DNA of 64,000 nt from Deltaproteobacteria bacterium (GCA_038133845.1 JAYPUA010000014.1:1471-65470), one strand, 5' to 3'; numbered from the stretch's first letter, positions 16,706 to 26,444 are shown. Program-made: numbers and translations. The notes: generated by a model from the sequence alone, not told the origin.

Positions 16706-17041
16706 TCAGCGTCCTCCCGGAAAGAAATTCTGCAGGTTCATTCCGCCCATCATGCCACCGAATTGCTCTCCGAGCATCTGCTTTGCGCGCTCCTGGGCCT
16801 GGCGGATGCCTTCGTTGGTTGCAGAGATGATCAGGTCCTGCAAGGTCTCGACATCGTTGGGGTCGACGATCTCCGGGTCAATCTTCATGGACACCAACTC
16901 CATCTTTCCGTTGAAGGTCATTTGGACCATCTCTCCTCCAACGGAGACATCAAAGGTTTCTCGGCCCATCTCTTCCTGCTTGGCCTGCATGTTGGCCGAA
17001 AGCTCCTGGGCCTTTTTCATCAGTTCATTCATGTCAATCAT
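16706..17041 (-). CDS. ybaB: YbaB/EbfC nucleoid-associated protein
   Basis: MNELMKKAQ...GGEMVQMTFNG...IDPE...LQDLIISATN; lies downstream of dnaX. Confidence 0.95.
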   Translation of the reverse strand: MIDMNELMKKAQELSANMQAKQEEMGRETFDVSVGGEMVQMTFNGKMELVSMKIDPEIVDPNDVETLQDLIISATNEGIRQAQERAKQMLGEQFGGMMGGMNLQNFFPGGR

Positions 17042-17087
17042 GACGCACTCCTTGGTGCTGAGGTTAGGGAGGATGGGGAGAGGGTGC

Positions 17088-18983
17088 TCAAACCAGGCGA
17101 ACCTCTACGCGACTTCCGGGGAAGAGCTGGATCAGGGTTTGGACCAGAGGAAGGTTCTCTCCGTCGTGCAGTTTGCGGGCACGCTCGGCTTGCTCCAGGT
17201 GCTGCTGCTGCTCGCTGAGGGTTCGCCACGGACCTTCTCGACTTTCCAGAGAAACAGAAATGGGCCGTCCCGTAAAGCTCTCCGCCTCGGCTTCTACCTG
17301 TTTGAGGTGCTCTTCGGAGATCAGGCTGTTCATCCCGTCCTGTCGAAAGGAGAGCCGTAGGGCTCCGGACTCCAGCAGATCGGGGATGGCATTCCGCAAA
17401 AGCCCTCCGAGGCGTGCCGAGCGTTCGGAGACAGCCTGAACGAATCGGACCCAGATCTCCGGGGGGGGCTCCTGTGAAGTCACCGCCTCAGTCTGAAACT
17501 CTTCGAGAGCTACCGGGCTTGGGGGAGGAGTTGGCTCTTGCACGCTTACAGGAGGAGGAGCTTGGGGCTCCTGTGAAGCGGCCGGATGCGCCTGAAGGAC
17601 TGGAGAACCGGTCGTCGAGGGCGAGGGGGGAGGAGGAACCTCCGGAGATCTGGAGGGAGCGGGAGGCACTGCCTCGCGCTTGCTCACTCGAGGATCCTCT
17701 CCCTTGAGTACCGAGGTGATGGAGCGTGCAGAGGGCCCGGCAAAACTGCTCGATGTCGTGGTCGTATCTGGGGCCCCAGGGGCACGTGGAGGCATGCCCA
17801 AATTCGGTTGCGGGGAGGGAGGCGAGGGGGAAGTCCTTGAACCAACTCCCAGCCCCTGCAATTCGTGGATCAACTCCGGAAGTCCAACCAACGGCTGTAC
17901 GGAGGCCAACTGCAAGATAGTCATCTCAAAACAGATCCGAGCATAGGCGCTCTGCTTCATCCGCTCCTCCAACTCCAGCAGCAACTGAAACATCTGCTGA
18001 AGAACGTCCCCTGTCACCTTGGAGGCAAAGTTCTGGTACTGCTCCAACTCTTCTGTGGATAGATCCTGAAACACTCCGGGGGTTGGACCAAGGGACTGAA
18101 CCAGCGAGATGTTTTTGACCGCCTGTAGCAGTTCGGCAAGCAGATCGTGGAGGTCGTAGCCACGGGCAAGCAGGTCCTGGAAGCTCTGGATGGCCTCCGG
18201 AGCCTGGCGGCGCAGCAGCGCTTGCAGGAGCGCAAGACGCCCCTGAGAGTCCATCCAGCCCAGCGCTTGGGCGACCTCCTCCTCGCTAGCCTCGGAACCT
18301 GCGGAGCTGAGGACCTGGTCAATTGCCGTCAGAGCGTCACGCATTCCTCCCACGGAGTGACGGGCGATCAATTCCAGCGACTTTCGGGGCAGCTGGATGC
18401 CTTCCTGAGCGACAACCTGCTCCAGGTAGTCTGCCATCTTCTGCACCGGAATTCGCAGGAAGTCGTAGCGCTGACAGCGGGAGACGATGGTCTGGGGAAC
18501 TTTGTGAGGGTCGGTGGTTGCCAGGATGAACTTGACGTGCCCGGGGGGCTCTTCCAAGGTCTTCAACAGAGCGTTGAAGGACTCCAGGGTGAGCATGTGG
18601 GCTTCATCGATGATGTACACCTTGTAGCGACAGCGCGCCGGGGTGTAGTTGACGTTCTCCCGCAACTCCCGGATGTTTTCGATGCCTCGGTTGGAGGCTG
18701 CGTCGATCTCGAACACATCCGGAGAAGCGTTCCCGAGGATTTCGTGGCAGATGTCACAGCTCCCGCAGGGCTCGCCCTCCTCAGGAGTCAGGCAGTTCAG
18801 CGCGCGAGTGAGGATCCGGGCTGCACTGGTTTTTCCGGTTCCCCGGGAGCCGCAAAAGAGGAACGCATGCGCGACACGGTCCTGCACGAGGGCGTTGCGG
18901 AGGATTCGGGCGGTGGTTTCCTGTCCGATGAGATCGGAAAATCGGGAGGGACGCAGCTTGCGCGCCAGAACGACGTAAGCCAT
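17088..18983 (-). CDS. dnaX: DNA polymerase III subunit gamma/tau
   Basis: LARKLRP, GSRGTGKTS Walker A, CGSCDIC, IDEAHML, KTLEEPP; long Pro-rich linker. Confidence 0.97.
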   Translation of the reverse strand: MAYVVLARKLRPSRFSDLIGQETTARILRNALVQDRVAHAFLFCGSRGTGKTSAARILTRALNCLTPEEGEPCGSCDICHEILGNASPDVFEIDAASNRGIENIRELRENVNYTPARCRYKVYIIDEAHMLTLESFNALLKTLEEPPGHVKFILATTDPHKVPQTIVSRCQRYDFLRIPVQKMADYLEQVVAQEGIQLPRKSLELIARHSVGGMRDALTAIDQVLSSAGSEASEEEVAQALGWMDSQGRLALLQALLRRQAPEAIQSFQDLLARGYDLHDLLAELLQAVKNISLVQSLGPTPGVFQDLSTEELEQYQNFASKVTGDVLQQMFQLLLELEERMKQSAYARICFEMTILQLASVQPLVGLPELIHELQGLGVGSRTSPSPPSPQPNLGMPPRAPGAPDTTTTSSSFAGPSARSITSVLKGEDPRVSKREAVPPAPSRSPEVPPPPSPSTTGSPVLQAHPAASQEPQAPPPVSVQEPTPPPSPVALEEFQTEAVTSQEPPPEIWVRFVQAVSERSARLGGLLRNAIPDLLESGALRLSFRQDGMNSLISEEHLKQVEAEAESFTGRPISVSLESREGPWRTLSEQQQHLEQAERARKLHDGENLPLVQTLIQLFPGSRVEVRLV

Positions 18984-18994
18984 CAACAGTCAGT

Positions 18995-19094
18995 GGGAGA
19001 CCGGGTAACTGCGGCACATCTCCAAAATCTTAGTGCTGCTTCCGCTAGGACCTGACACGGTTCGAAATCTTTGATTGCGCAATCCCCGGCCATC
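18995..19094 (-). ncRNA. ffs: Small bacterial SRP RNA (4.5S)
   Basis: Minus strand reads GTGTCAGGTCC-TAGC-GGAAGCAGCAC (helix 8 signature) inside a long hairpin whose GGCCGGG and CCCGGTC ends pair; classic position upstream of dnaX. Confidence 0.9.
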
Positions 19095-19290
19095 AGAGCG
19101 TGCATCGAGAGTATCGAGACCGCCGGGATTCATCCTCCGGAGGCTGAAAAATCAAGGCCCTCCGGAATTGCTTTGCCAGTTTGTTGGGATTTGACTGGCA
19201 AGACCATCCCATGATCTTAACGCCCTGGCAAATCGATGCAAGCAGAATACGTGGATCGTCTGAGTTTCTGCGGATTGCGAGGTGTTCAAA

Positions 19291-19333
19291 TCTGTGAAAC
19301 GTGGTTCTGTGAAACGCGGTTCCGTGTTATGCT
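19291..19333 (+). promoter_or_regulatory. 15-bp tandem direct repeat abutting an extended -10 upstream of mscS
   Basis: TCTGTGAAACGTGGT / TCTGTGAAACGCGGT / TCCGTG, then TGtTATGCT. Confidence 0.4.
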
Positions 19334-19487
19334 GAGTTCCCTCAACTGCTCTTCATGCAGATCCCCGGAGGCCTCTTCCTGAAGAGGTGCTGGCTTGGGG
19401 CGGTCTTCAAGGAGCTTCGAGATAAAGTCAGGGACCCCTCAGCCTCCTGAAGAACAACAGCCCGTCCACTCGTTTTGACAAGAATCC

Positions 19488-20369
19488 ATGACTGAAAACC
19501 TGACCCAGTACTGGGCAGAGCATGCTGAGCTGATCCTGGGAAGCGGATACAAGATCCTGCTCAGCCTGTTCATCCTGACCACAAGCTACCTGGTGAGCAA
19601 GGCGTTCCGGCGCCTGATCGACAGAACCTCCGAGCATCTGGCCTCCAAGCTGGACCCGACGCTGATTCCGGTCCTCATCACAACGGCGACCTACTCGGTC
19701 TATATCATTGGGGCGGTCCTGATTCTGGACATCTTTGGGGTCAATACCACCAGCATTATCGCGCTGTTGGGAGCCGCGGGCCTGGCGATCGGTCTGGCGC
19801 TCAAGGATACCCTGAGCCACATCGCCGCGGGCATCATGCTGCTGATTCTGCGGCCCTTTCACACAGGAGACTTCATCCAATTCGACTCAACCATGGGAAC
19901 CGTCCGGGAGATCAACCTGTTCACGACGGTGCTGGAGTCTGCAGACGGGCTCTACCTGTTCACTCCAAACAGCATCATCTGGGGCAGCAACATCACCAAC
20001 TTCACCCGCAACCACAAACGCCGGATGGACATTGTCGTGGGGATCTCCTACTCGGACTCGATCGAGGCCGGCCTGGGGGTGCTGCGCCAGATTGCAGCTG
20101 CGGAATCCCGGTTTCTCCCGGAGCCGGCTCCGCAGGTGATGGTCTTGTCGCTTGGGGACAGCTCGGTCAACCTGCAACTGCGGGGGTGGGCCTCCACGGA
20201 CGACTACTGGCAGACGTATTGGGACCTGAATCAGCGGGTGAAGCTGGAGATTGAACAGGCTGGGCTCACCATCCCCTTCCCCCAGGTGAGTTTGCATGTC
20301 GAGTCAACACCAGGCATTGCTGCTAACGGCCAGGTACTCTCGTCGACGGAAGCCGCTCCAGTGGGCTAG
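19488..20369 (+). CDS. mscS: Small-conductance mechanosensitive channel
   Basis: Three TM helices, GAAGLAIGLALKDTLS, RPFHTGD, IPFPQ. Confidence 0.93.
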   Translation: MTENLTQYWAEHAELILGSGYKILLSLFILTTSYLVSKAFRRLIDRTSEHLASKLDPTLIPVLITTATYSVYIIGAVLILDIFGVNTTSIIALLGAAGLAIGLALKDTLSHIAAGIMLLILRPFHTGDFIQFDSTMGTVREINLFTTVLESADGLYLFTPNSIIWGSNITNFTRNHKRRMDIVVGISYSDSIEAGLGVLRQIAAAESRFLPEPAPQVMVLSLGDSSVNLQLRGWASTDDYWQTYWDLNQRVKLEIEQAGLTIPFPQVSLHVESTPGIAANGQVLSSTEAAPVG

Positions 20370-20411
20370 CCGCAGTACTCCATTCACCTCATTCACTTCG
20401 ATTTCGCACCC

Positions 20412-21029
20412 ATGAAAACTCGAGTACTTCTCATTCGGCACGGCGCAACGATCGTCTCCACTCAAGATCCTTTTGCAGGGTCCTCCAACGTTCCACTTTC
20501 AGAAGAAGGTCGTCAACAGGCCTCCAAGCTGGCAGAGCGACTCAGTCATGGGAGGCTGGATGCGGTCTACTGCAGTCCAATGGACCGGACCATCGAGACG
20601 GCAACCATCATTGGCGCGCCACACGACCTGAAACCAACCTCCATTCCGGGGATTCGAGAAATTGACTATGGAAACTGGGAGGGCTTGGAGAAGTCCGTTG
20701 TCGCCTCGAATTTTTCGGGAAACTGGGAGCAGTGGCAGGAGGACCCCTACGCTGTTGCTCCAGCAGGAGGCGAATCCGGGGTGAGGGTTCTCAGTCGTGC
20801 GCTTCCGGCACTGCTGAGTATTGTGGAAGAGAACCGAGGCAAGACGGTGGCGGTCATTGCTCACAAGGGAACCAACCGTTTGCTGATCAGCAGCCTACTG
20901 GGGCTTGACGTCCGCAGGTTCAGGGATCGGCTCGATCAAAAACCCGCAGCCCTCAACATTCTCGACTTTGATCTCCACTTCAAAGCTTTTCTTTGCCTGT
21001 TCAACGACACCTCCCATTACGAGCGTTAG
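20412..21029 (+). CDS. Histidine phosphatase (phosphoglycerate mutase family)
   Basis: LIRHG, CSPMDRTIETA, EIDYGNWEG, VIAHKG. Confidence 0.9.
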   Translation: MKTRVLLIRHGATIVSTQDPFAGSSNVPLSEEGRQQASKLAERLSHGRLDAVYCSPMDRTIETATIIGAPHDLKPTSIPGIREIDYGNWEGLEKSVVASNFSGNWEQWQEDPYAVAPAGGESGVRVLSRALPALLSIVEENRGKTVAVIAHKGTNRLLISSLLGLDVRRFRDRLDQKPAALNILDFDLHFKAFLCLFNDTSHYER

Positions 21030-21072
21030 CGGCCCCTCTGACCTCCATGGTGAGCCCGGAGGTCAACGTGCC

Positions 21073-22347
21073 TCACGACCTCGTGACGTCCAGATCAGGA
21101 AGCAGGCCACACGCCCGGTAGTAACGCTCAGCGGCTCGCTGCACGTGCCTTTCACAGAGTGCCACGGCATCTGCCGGGACTTCGGCAAACTCGTAGGCTC
21201 CGAAGTACTGCGTCACCACTCCCATGTTCAAGGGAGCTTGAGCCAGATTTTCAAATAGGCGTGAGAGGGCCTCAGGTACTCCCTTGGCTTGCCAGTAGTA
21301 GCGAATCCGGTCGCTCAGGCTGAAGTGCTGAAGCAGCCGGACCTCTTTAGGTGTCCCCGTATAGTAGGCATCCCAATCACCCGGGCTTTGCGCCATCGCG
21401 GCATCCACAACCTCCTTGAGGTTCGAGCGTGTTTCGGGGTAAAGCAGATCTTCAATCGCAGCGAGAGCAAAAACTCCCTCGCGAAATCGAAACGTCAACT
21501 CCGGTCCAACCTTGAGGAAGAAGACGTGATGGTTGACCAACTCTCCCAGCGAGGAGGTGGGCTGATAGTCAGTCGAGTGTCCTTCGAAGGTCAGTCCGTT
21601 GTAGTTTTGAATCGCTGAGGCCAGCCCTTTTGCCTTGTTGGGCTCAAAGCGGTGAACGGAGGTGTGGTTGAAGTCCACTCCGGGCTGAGTAACCACCGAG
21701 ACCACACGGCTCCATGCGTCCTCCACCCCCTCGTCATGAAAGGCCTGCTGATGGGTCTCGATCGTCTGCTCCAAGCGCTCTGGGCTCGTGATCTGCAACC
21801 CGGACATCTCGTCGGTTTCCCCTCCAGGAACCGGGACCTCGGTGCCAATGACGTAGATCAAGGCAGAGGGATCCGGGGAGGCTTTTTCAGCAACTCGACA
21901 GAGCCGGGCTGCCCTGCGGGCAATCTCGGTGAAACTGGGTCGAGGCTCCTGTCCACAAGCCATGCTCGCGTCAAGGTGGATTTTTCGGAATCCGGCTTTT
22001 GCATACTCTCGGACCAACACTTCCGCTTTTGCCATCGCTTGGTCAACGGGCTCCTTTCTCCACGGGTTTGGCCCCAGGTGGTCTCCCCCCAAGAGCATCT
22101 GGCCGTCTGAAATCCCGGCCTGCTCGGAAAGCTGTGAGAGCCACGTGACAAAATCCTGCGGCTGCATCCCGGTGTACCCTCCATCTTGATTGACCTGGTT
22201 GCAGGTTGCCTCGATCAGGATGGGCAAGTGCCGCTCAACGGCAAATTTGAGCAGCGCACGCAGGACCGTTTCGTTTGCCGTACAAAAGCTTGGCAGGCCA
22301 ACTTGGCTGCCTGCTCTGTTCTTGAAGATCAGTTCTTGGATGTCCAT
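21073..22347 (-). CDS. GatZ/KbaZ-family protein, likely D-tagatose-6-phosphate 4-epimerase
   Basis: EATCNQVNQDGGYTG, LGGDHLGP, KIHLDASM, GTEVPVPGG, LKVGP, SDRIRYYW. Confidence 0.88.
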   Translation of the reverse strand: MDIQELIFKNRAGSQVGLPSFCTANETVLRALLKFAVERHLPILIEATCNQVNQDGGYTGMQPQDFVTWLSQLSEQAGISDGQMLLGGDHLGPNPWRKEPVDQAMAKAEVLVREYAKAGFRKIHLDASMACGQEPRPSFTEIARRAARLCRVAEKASPDPSALIYVIGTEVPVPGGETDEMSGLQITSPERLEQTIETHQQAFHDEGVEDAWSRVVSVVTQPGVDFNHTSVHRFEPNKAKGLASAIQNYNGLTFEGHSTDYQPTSSLGELVNHHVFFLKVGPELTFRFREGVFALAAIEDLLYPETRSNLKEVVDAAMAQSPGDWDAYYTGTPKEVRLLQHFSLSDRIRYYWQAKGVPEALSRLFENLAQAPLNMGVVTQYFGAYEFAEVPADAVALCERHVQRAAERYYRACGLLPDLDVTRS

Positions 22348-22361
22348 GGGGGGCTTTGAGG

Positions 22362-23306
22362 TCAGGGGTTCGTTTGAGCTTGAAGGAAGGCCTCCAGGTC
22401 CTGCAGGCTGGTGCTTCCCTCCATCGGGCCTCTTTGGGTGACCGCCAAGGCCCCCGCAGCGGTGGCGTAGCGCAACGCCTTGTCCGGAGCCTCACCGCGA
22501 AGCCATAGGGTTGTAAACGCTCCTCCAAAGCAGTCTCCGGCACCTGTCGGGTCAACCTCCCTCACCGCAAAACCGGGAGCAAAGTGATTGCCTGTGCGAT
22601 CATAGTATCGGGCACCGTCTGCTCCCTGTTTGTGGACAATGACGTCGATGCCTTGACCCAGCAGCTCTGAAACGGCCCCCTCGGCAGTGGTGGACTGTGT
22701 CAGCAGAAAGAGTTCCTCTCCGCTTGGCAGAAACACGTCCGTGACTGCAAGAATTTTGGCCATGGCTTCGCGCATTCCGGGAGAATCAAGGATCTCTTTA
22801 CGGAGGTTGGGATCAAAAGACACGGTCCCGCCACGCTCCTTCAGGGAGTGTGCTGCGGTGAGGTTGACCTCAATGAACTCTGGGCTGGAGAGAGAGGACC
22901 CCATCACGTGCAGGTGATCCGCGGTGTCCAGCAGACGCTGCGCGACCTCCAGAGTGGGGACTCGACCGCAGGCGCTGTGCCGAATGTTGAACACAAAATC
23001 ACGCCCTCCATCTTCTCGGTAGCGGACAAACGCTGTCCCTGTGGGGCGTTCCGAGTCGATGGCAATGCCGGAGGTATCAACGCCATCACGCTCCAGCCGG
23101 TCAAGGTTGACGCGGCCAAAGTCATCTTTTCCCACTGAGGAGATGATGGCGCAAGGCTGCCCCATCTTGGCCACTTGATCGATATAAATTGCTGGTGCTC
23201 CAGACGGAAAAGGACCCGTTAAGGCAATGGTCTCCAGAAATCCCTCACCGGGATGATCTGCCATGATCTCAACAAGGATTTCTCCAACAACCACAATTTT
23301 CTTCAT
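22362..23306 (-). CDS. PfkB-family sugar kinase (putative tagatose kinase)
   Basis: GPFPSGAPAI, SFDPNLR, DPTGAGDCFGG; adjacent to the GatZ-family gene. Confidence 0.88.
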   Translation of the reverse strand: MKKIVVVGEILVEIMADHPGEGFLETIALTGPFPSGAPAIYIDQVAKMGQPCAIISSVGKDDFGRVNLDRLERDGVDTSGIAIDSERPTGTAFVRYREDGGRDFVFNIRHSACGRVPTLEVAQRLLDTADHLHVMGSSLSSPEFIEVNLTAAHSLKERGGTVSFDPNLRKEILDSPGMREAMAKILAVTDVFLPSGEELFLLTQSTTAEGAVSELLGQGIDVIVHKQGADGARYYDRTGNHFAPGFAVREVDPTGAGDCFGGAFTTLWLRGEAPDKALRYATAAGALAVTQRGPMEGSTSLQDLEAFLQAQTNP

Positions 23307-23367
23307 TTCAGAGGGCTCCTGATTCGTATGACGTGCTGGTTTGGGGGGACTCGGTTGATTTCTACGG

Positions 23368-23477
23368 GATCTGCTCTTCCGGAGGCATTTGGGTATCGTT
23401 CCTCAACCCAGACTACGAGCGGTCTGCTGGGTATCGTTCCTCAACCCAGCCTACGATCTGCTCTTCCGGAGGCATTA
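23368..23477 (-). repeat. Pair of GTAG-family REP-like palindromes flanked by a duplicated 22-bp unit
   Basis: Minus strand GTAG(G/T)CTGGGTTGAGGAACGATACCCA at 23390-23416 and 23426-23454; GATCTGCTCTTCCGGAGGCATT occurs on both sides of the pair. Confidence 0.75.
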
Positions 23478-24950
23478 CTGCCCAGAGGCGTAGTGATCCA
23501 GAGCCTGAAGCACCCCGGCAGAACTCAGGCGAGCCAGCGCTTTGGCAAAGGTCTTCTGGAAAGCCGGAGCTTGTCCCAAATCTCCAAACACCTCCCTTAC
23601 CTCCAGGAACGCCTCCGGGCGCTCTGAGGCTGCGTGGGCAGCAGGAACCAGCCGATCTCCGTTCACATCGTCCACGTCAATTGGTGCCCCGGATTCGCTG
23701 GTCCCTTGCAGGTAGCGACACCAGAGAGCGCTGACCAGCGCGAGCCCGTCCACCGGAAGGCCTTGCCGGATGCGGTCTTGGGTGGAGGGCAGGATGAACT
23801 TGGGCTGACGGTTGGATCCATCCTGGGCCAGGCGCGAGATTGTGTCTGCAATCTCCGGGTTGGAGAAGCGTGACTCGATCTGCCGGAAGTAGTCGGACAG
23901 GTCCGTTTTGGGCACTGGAGGAACAATCGGAATGACCTCCTCTTGCATCATCCGCTGGAGGAATTTCCGGAGGGCGGGGTGCTCCATCGCCTCGTGGGCA
24001 AAGTGCAGGTCGAGCAGTGCCCCCGGGTAGGCAATCGAGGCGTGGCTCCCGTTCAGGATGCGCAGTTTCATCAACTCGAAGGCCGCCACCTGGTTGGTGA
24101 AGGTCACTCCAACTTCCTCCAGCTCCGGACGCCCGAGTGGAAAGTGATCTTCCAGCACCCACTGACGGAACGGCTCACAGAAGACGGGCCAGCGGTCCGT
24201 GATGCCGAACTGCTCTTGCAGCAAGGCCTTCTCCCGGTCTGTGGTGACGGGGGTGATTCGGTCGACCATCCCGTCCGGAAAGGCCACCTCGTCCTCCACC
24301 CAGCGGGCCAACTCCGGATCAACCTGTTGAGCGAGGCCGACCACCGCATTCCGCGTCGCCTTGCCGTTTCCGGTGAGGTTGTCGCAGGAGAGTACCGTGA
24401 ACGGAGCGACCCCGGACTCACGACGGAGTCGTAGCCCTTGTAGCAGGGTGCCGAAGACGCCTTGGGGAGCTTGCGGGTTGCGGGCGTCCGCGACGATCTC
24501 CGGATGATCCGGGTCAAACGTCCCGGTTGCCGAGTTGATGCAGTAGCCGCCTTCGGTGATCGTCAGGGAGACGATTCGGATCCGGGGGTTGGCCAACGCC
24601 TGAATCAAGGCTGCGTTGGTGGGCTCTACCGGAAGAAAATCCAGCATGGACCCGCAGATGCGTGCTCGGCGTGCCCCGGGTTCCAACTCGACAACCGTGG
24701 TCAGCCAGTCCTGTGACTGCAAGGCATCGCGCACCCGGGCATCTCCCGGACGGACCCCAGCCCCAAGAATGCCCCAGTCCAGCGCCTTTCCCTGATTGAA
24801 GAGGTCCTCCAGGTACAGAGCCTGGTGGGCCCGGTGGAAGTTCCCCAAACCAATGTGAATGATCCCTGGAGATTGCTCCTCCCGCCGGTAGCGAGGGGTC
24901 TGCACTTGAGAGAGCGTGGCGAGTTGGTTCCAAGACAGGGACGTGTTCAT
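23475..24950 (-). CDS. mtlK: Mannitol 2-dehydrogenase family protein
   Basis: HIGLGNFHRAHQ, SLTITEGGY, VLSCDN, MVDRITP, MKLRILNGSH; ATG at 24950. Confidence 0.92.
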   Translation of the reverse strand: MNTSLSWNQLATLSQVQTPRYRREEQSPGIIHIGLGNFHRAHQALYLEDLFNQGKALDWGILGAGVRPGDARVRDALQSQDWLTTVVELEPGARRARICGSMLDFLPVEPTNAALIQALANPRIRIVSLTITEGGYCINSATGTFDPDHPEIVADARNPQAPQGVFGTLLQGLRLRRESGVAPFTVLSCDNLTGNGKATRNAVVGLAQQVDPELARWVEDEVAFPDGMVDRITPVTTDREKALLQEQFGITDRWPVFCEPFRQWVLEDHFPLGRPELEEVGVTFTNQVAAFELMKLRILNGSHASIAYPGALLDLHFAHEAMEHPALRKFLQRMMQEEVIPIVPPVPKTDLSDYFRQIESRFSNPEIADTISRLAQDGSNRQPKFILPSTQDRIRQGLPVDGLALVSALWCRYLQGTSESGAPIDVDDVNGDRLVPAAHAASERPEAFLEVREVFGDLGQAPAFQKTFAKALARLSSAGVLQALDHYASGQ

Positions 24951-24951
24951 T

Positions 24952-25671
24952 TCAGGTCTCTTGAAGAGCATGTTGAGTGAGCAGTTGCCGAAGCTCCGGA
25001 ACATCCTGCACCATCCCGGAGATGCCAGACTCTGCCAGCCGTTGGAGGTGCTGAGGGGTCATGTGGCTCCCGCCGGCAAATCCATAGACCGTCATGCCTG
25101 CGTTCAGGCCGGCTTGCACTCCGGTGGGAGAGTCCTCCAAAACCAAGGTGTTTCGAGGCAGAACTCGATATTTTTGGGCAATGTGCAGGTGCAGGTCGGG
25201 AGCCGGCTTGGGACGAAAGGACTCTGTGCTGAACACGTGCGGACGGCATACATCCCACAGTCCGGCGGCCGACAGCGTGGCCCGCAGTCTGGAACAGGAG
25301 CTGTTGGAGGCTACCGCCCAAGGCTGAGGAAGCTCGGTCAGCAACTCCCGCATTCCCGGGATGGCGCGAACCTCTGGGATCAGGTCATCTTCAATCTGCT
25401 GTTCCATCTGGGTCGCCTGCTCCGGAGCCAGCGCGACGTCACACTCCTGGGCGAGCTGGGCCAGGATGACCTGGACCGGTTGCCCCAGTCGCTGGTCCAC
25501 CCAGCGGGAAAAGGCCTGCAGGTCTCGCAGCGGATGATCAGGAGAGCTGTGATCCGTGAGGAACTTGCGGGCTTGGAGGTGGAGGGCCTGCTCGGCGATG
25601 ACTTCGCTGTCCAGCAAAACCCCATCACAGTCGAAGATCACAAATTTTGGCATCTTGGGCAGTTCAGACAA
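24952..25671 (-). CDS. HAD-family phosphatase
   Basis: IFDCDGVLLDSE, VASNS, KPAPD, LEDSPTG. Confidence 0.9.
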   Translation of the reverse strand: MSELPKMPKFVIFDCDGVLLDSEVIAEQALHLQARKFLTDHSSPDHPLRDLQAFSRWVDQRLGQPVQVILAQLAQECDVALAPEQATQMEQQIEDDLIPEVRAIPGMRELLTELPQPWAVASNSSCSRLRATLSAAGLWDVCRPHVFSTESFRPKPAPDLHLHIAQKYRVLPRNTLVLEDSPTGVQAGLNAGMTVYGFAGGSHMTPQHLQRLAESGISGMVQDVPELRQLLTQHALQET

Positions 25672-25673
25672 AA

Positions 25674-26444
25674 TCAGCTCATCCAGTTGCCACCATCGAC
25701 ATTGTAGGTCTGTGCAGTGATGTATCGAGCATCATCGGACGCCAGAAATACAGCAGGATCTGCGATGTCTCGCGGATCGCCCATGCGACCAAGTGGAACT
25801 GACTCCCCGACCAAACGCTTCTTTTCTCCAAGCGGACGGTTTTCGTATTGGGAAAAGAGAGAGTCAACATGATCCCACATGGGAGTGTCGATGACTCCCG
25901 GAGCAATCGCATTGACCCGAATGTTGTGCTTGGCCAACTCCAGCGCCAAGGATTGGGTCACACTGATGATCGCGGCTTTGGTAGCGCAGTAGAGGACGAT
26001 ATAGGGCTCACCTCGACGTCCGGCCTGTGACGAAAAATTGATGATCGCTCCGCCGCCACGCGTGATCATGTGAGGGACTGCCGCCTGGCAGGTGAAGATG
26101 GTTCCGGCCACATTGACATCAAACTGATGGCGATAGCGCTCCTCCGTGATTTCTTCCAGGCGGCACATGTCAAAAATACCGGCATTGTTCACCAGCAAGT
26201 CGATGCCTCCGAAGGCTTCGACAGTCGCGCTGACGGCTTCCTGAATGGAAGTCTGATCGGTGACATCCATACGGGTGCTCCGGGCCTGAGAGCCGAGTTC
26301 CTTGGCCAAGGCCTGAGCCGCATCATCCAGCAAATCCGCAATCATCACCTGGGCACCTTCACGGACGTAGGCTTCTGCAATGCTCCGGCCGATTCCTCTT
26401 GCTGCCCCGGTAATCAGGGCAGACTTGCCTCCTAAACGTTTCAT
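25674..26444 (-). CDS. smoS: Sorbitol (L-iditol) dehydrogenase, SDR family
   Basis: [35 protein letters not shown]. Confidence 0.9.
   Translation of the reverse strand: MKRLGGKSALITGAARGIGRSIAEAYVREGAQVMIADLLDDAAQALAKELGSQARSTRMDVTDQTSIQEAVSATVEAFGGIDLLVNNAGIFDMCRLEEITEERYRHQFDVNVAGTIFTCQAAVPHMITRGGGAIINFSSQAGRRGEPYIVLYCATKAAIISVTQSLALELAKHNIRVNAIAPGVIDTPMWDHVDSLFSQYENRPLGEKKRLVGESVPLGRMGDPRDIADPAVFLASDDARYITAQTYNVDGGNWMS

Noticed and set aside
17400-17900. dnaX gamma/tau frameshift site
   Set aside because: No A AAA AAG or poly-A slippery run was seen; the region is an ordinary Pro-rich linker.
19225-19240. Sigma54 promoter (CTGGCA...TGCA)
   Set aside because: The GG-to-GC spacing is 9 nt rather than the required 10.
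23368-23477. Mini CRISPR array
   Set aside because: Only two units, an inter-repeat gap of about 10 nt and no cas genes; it fits GTAG REPs better.
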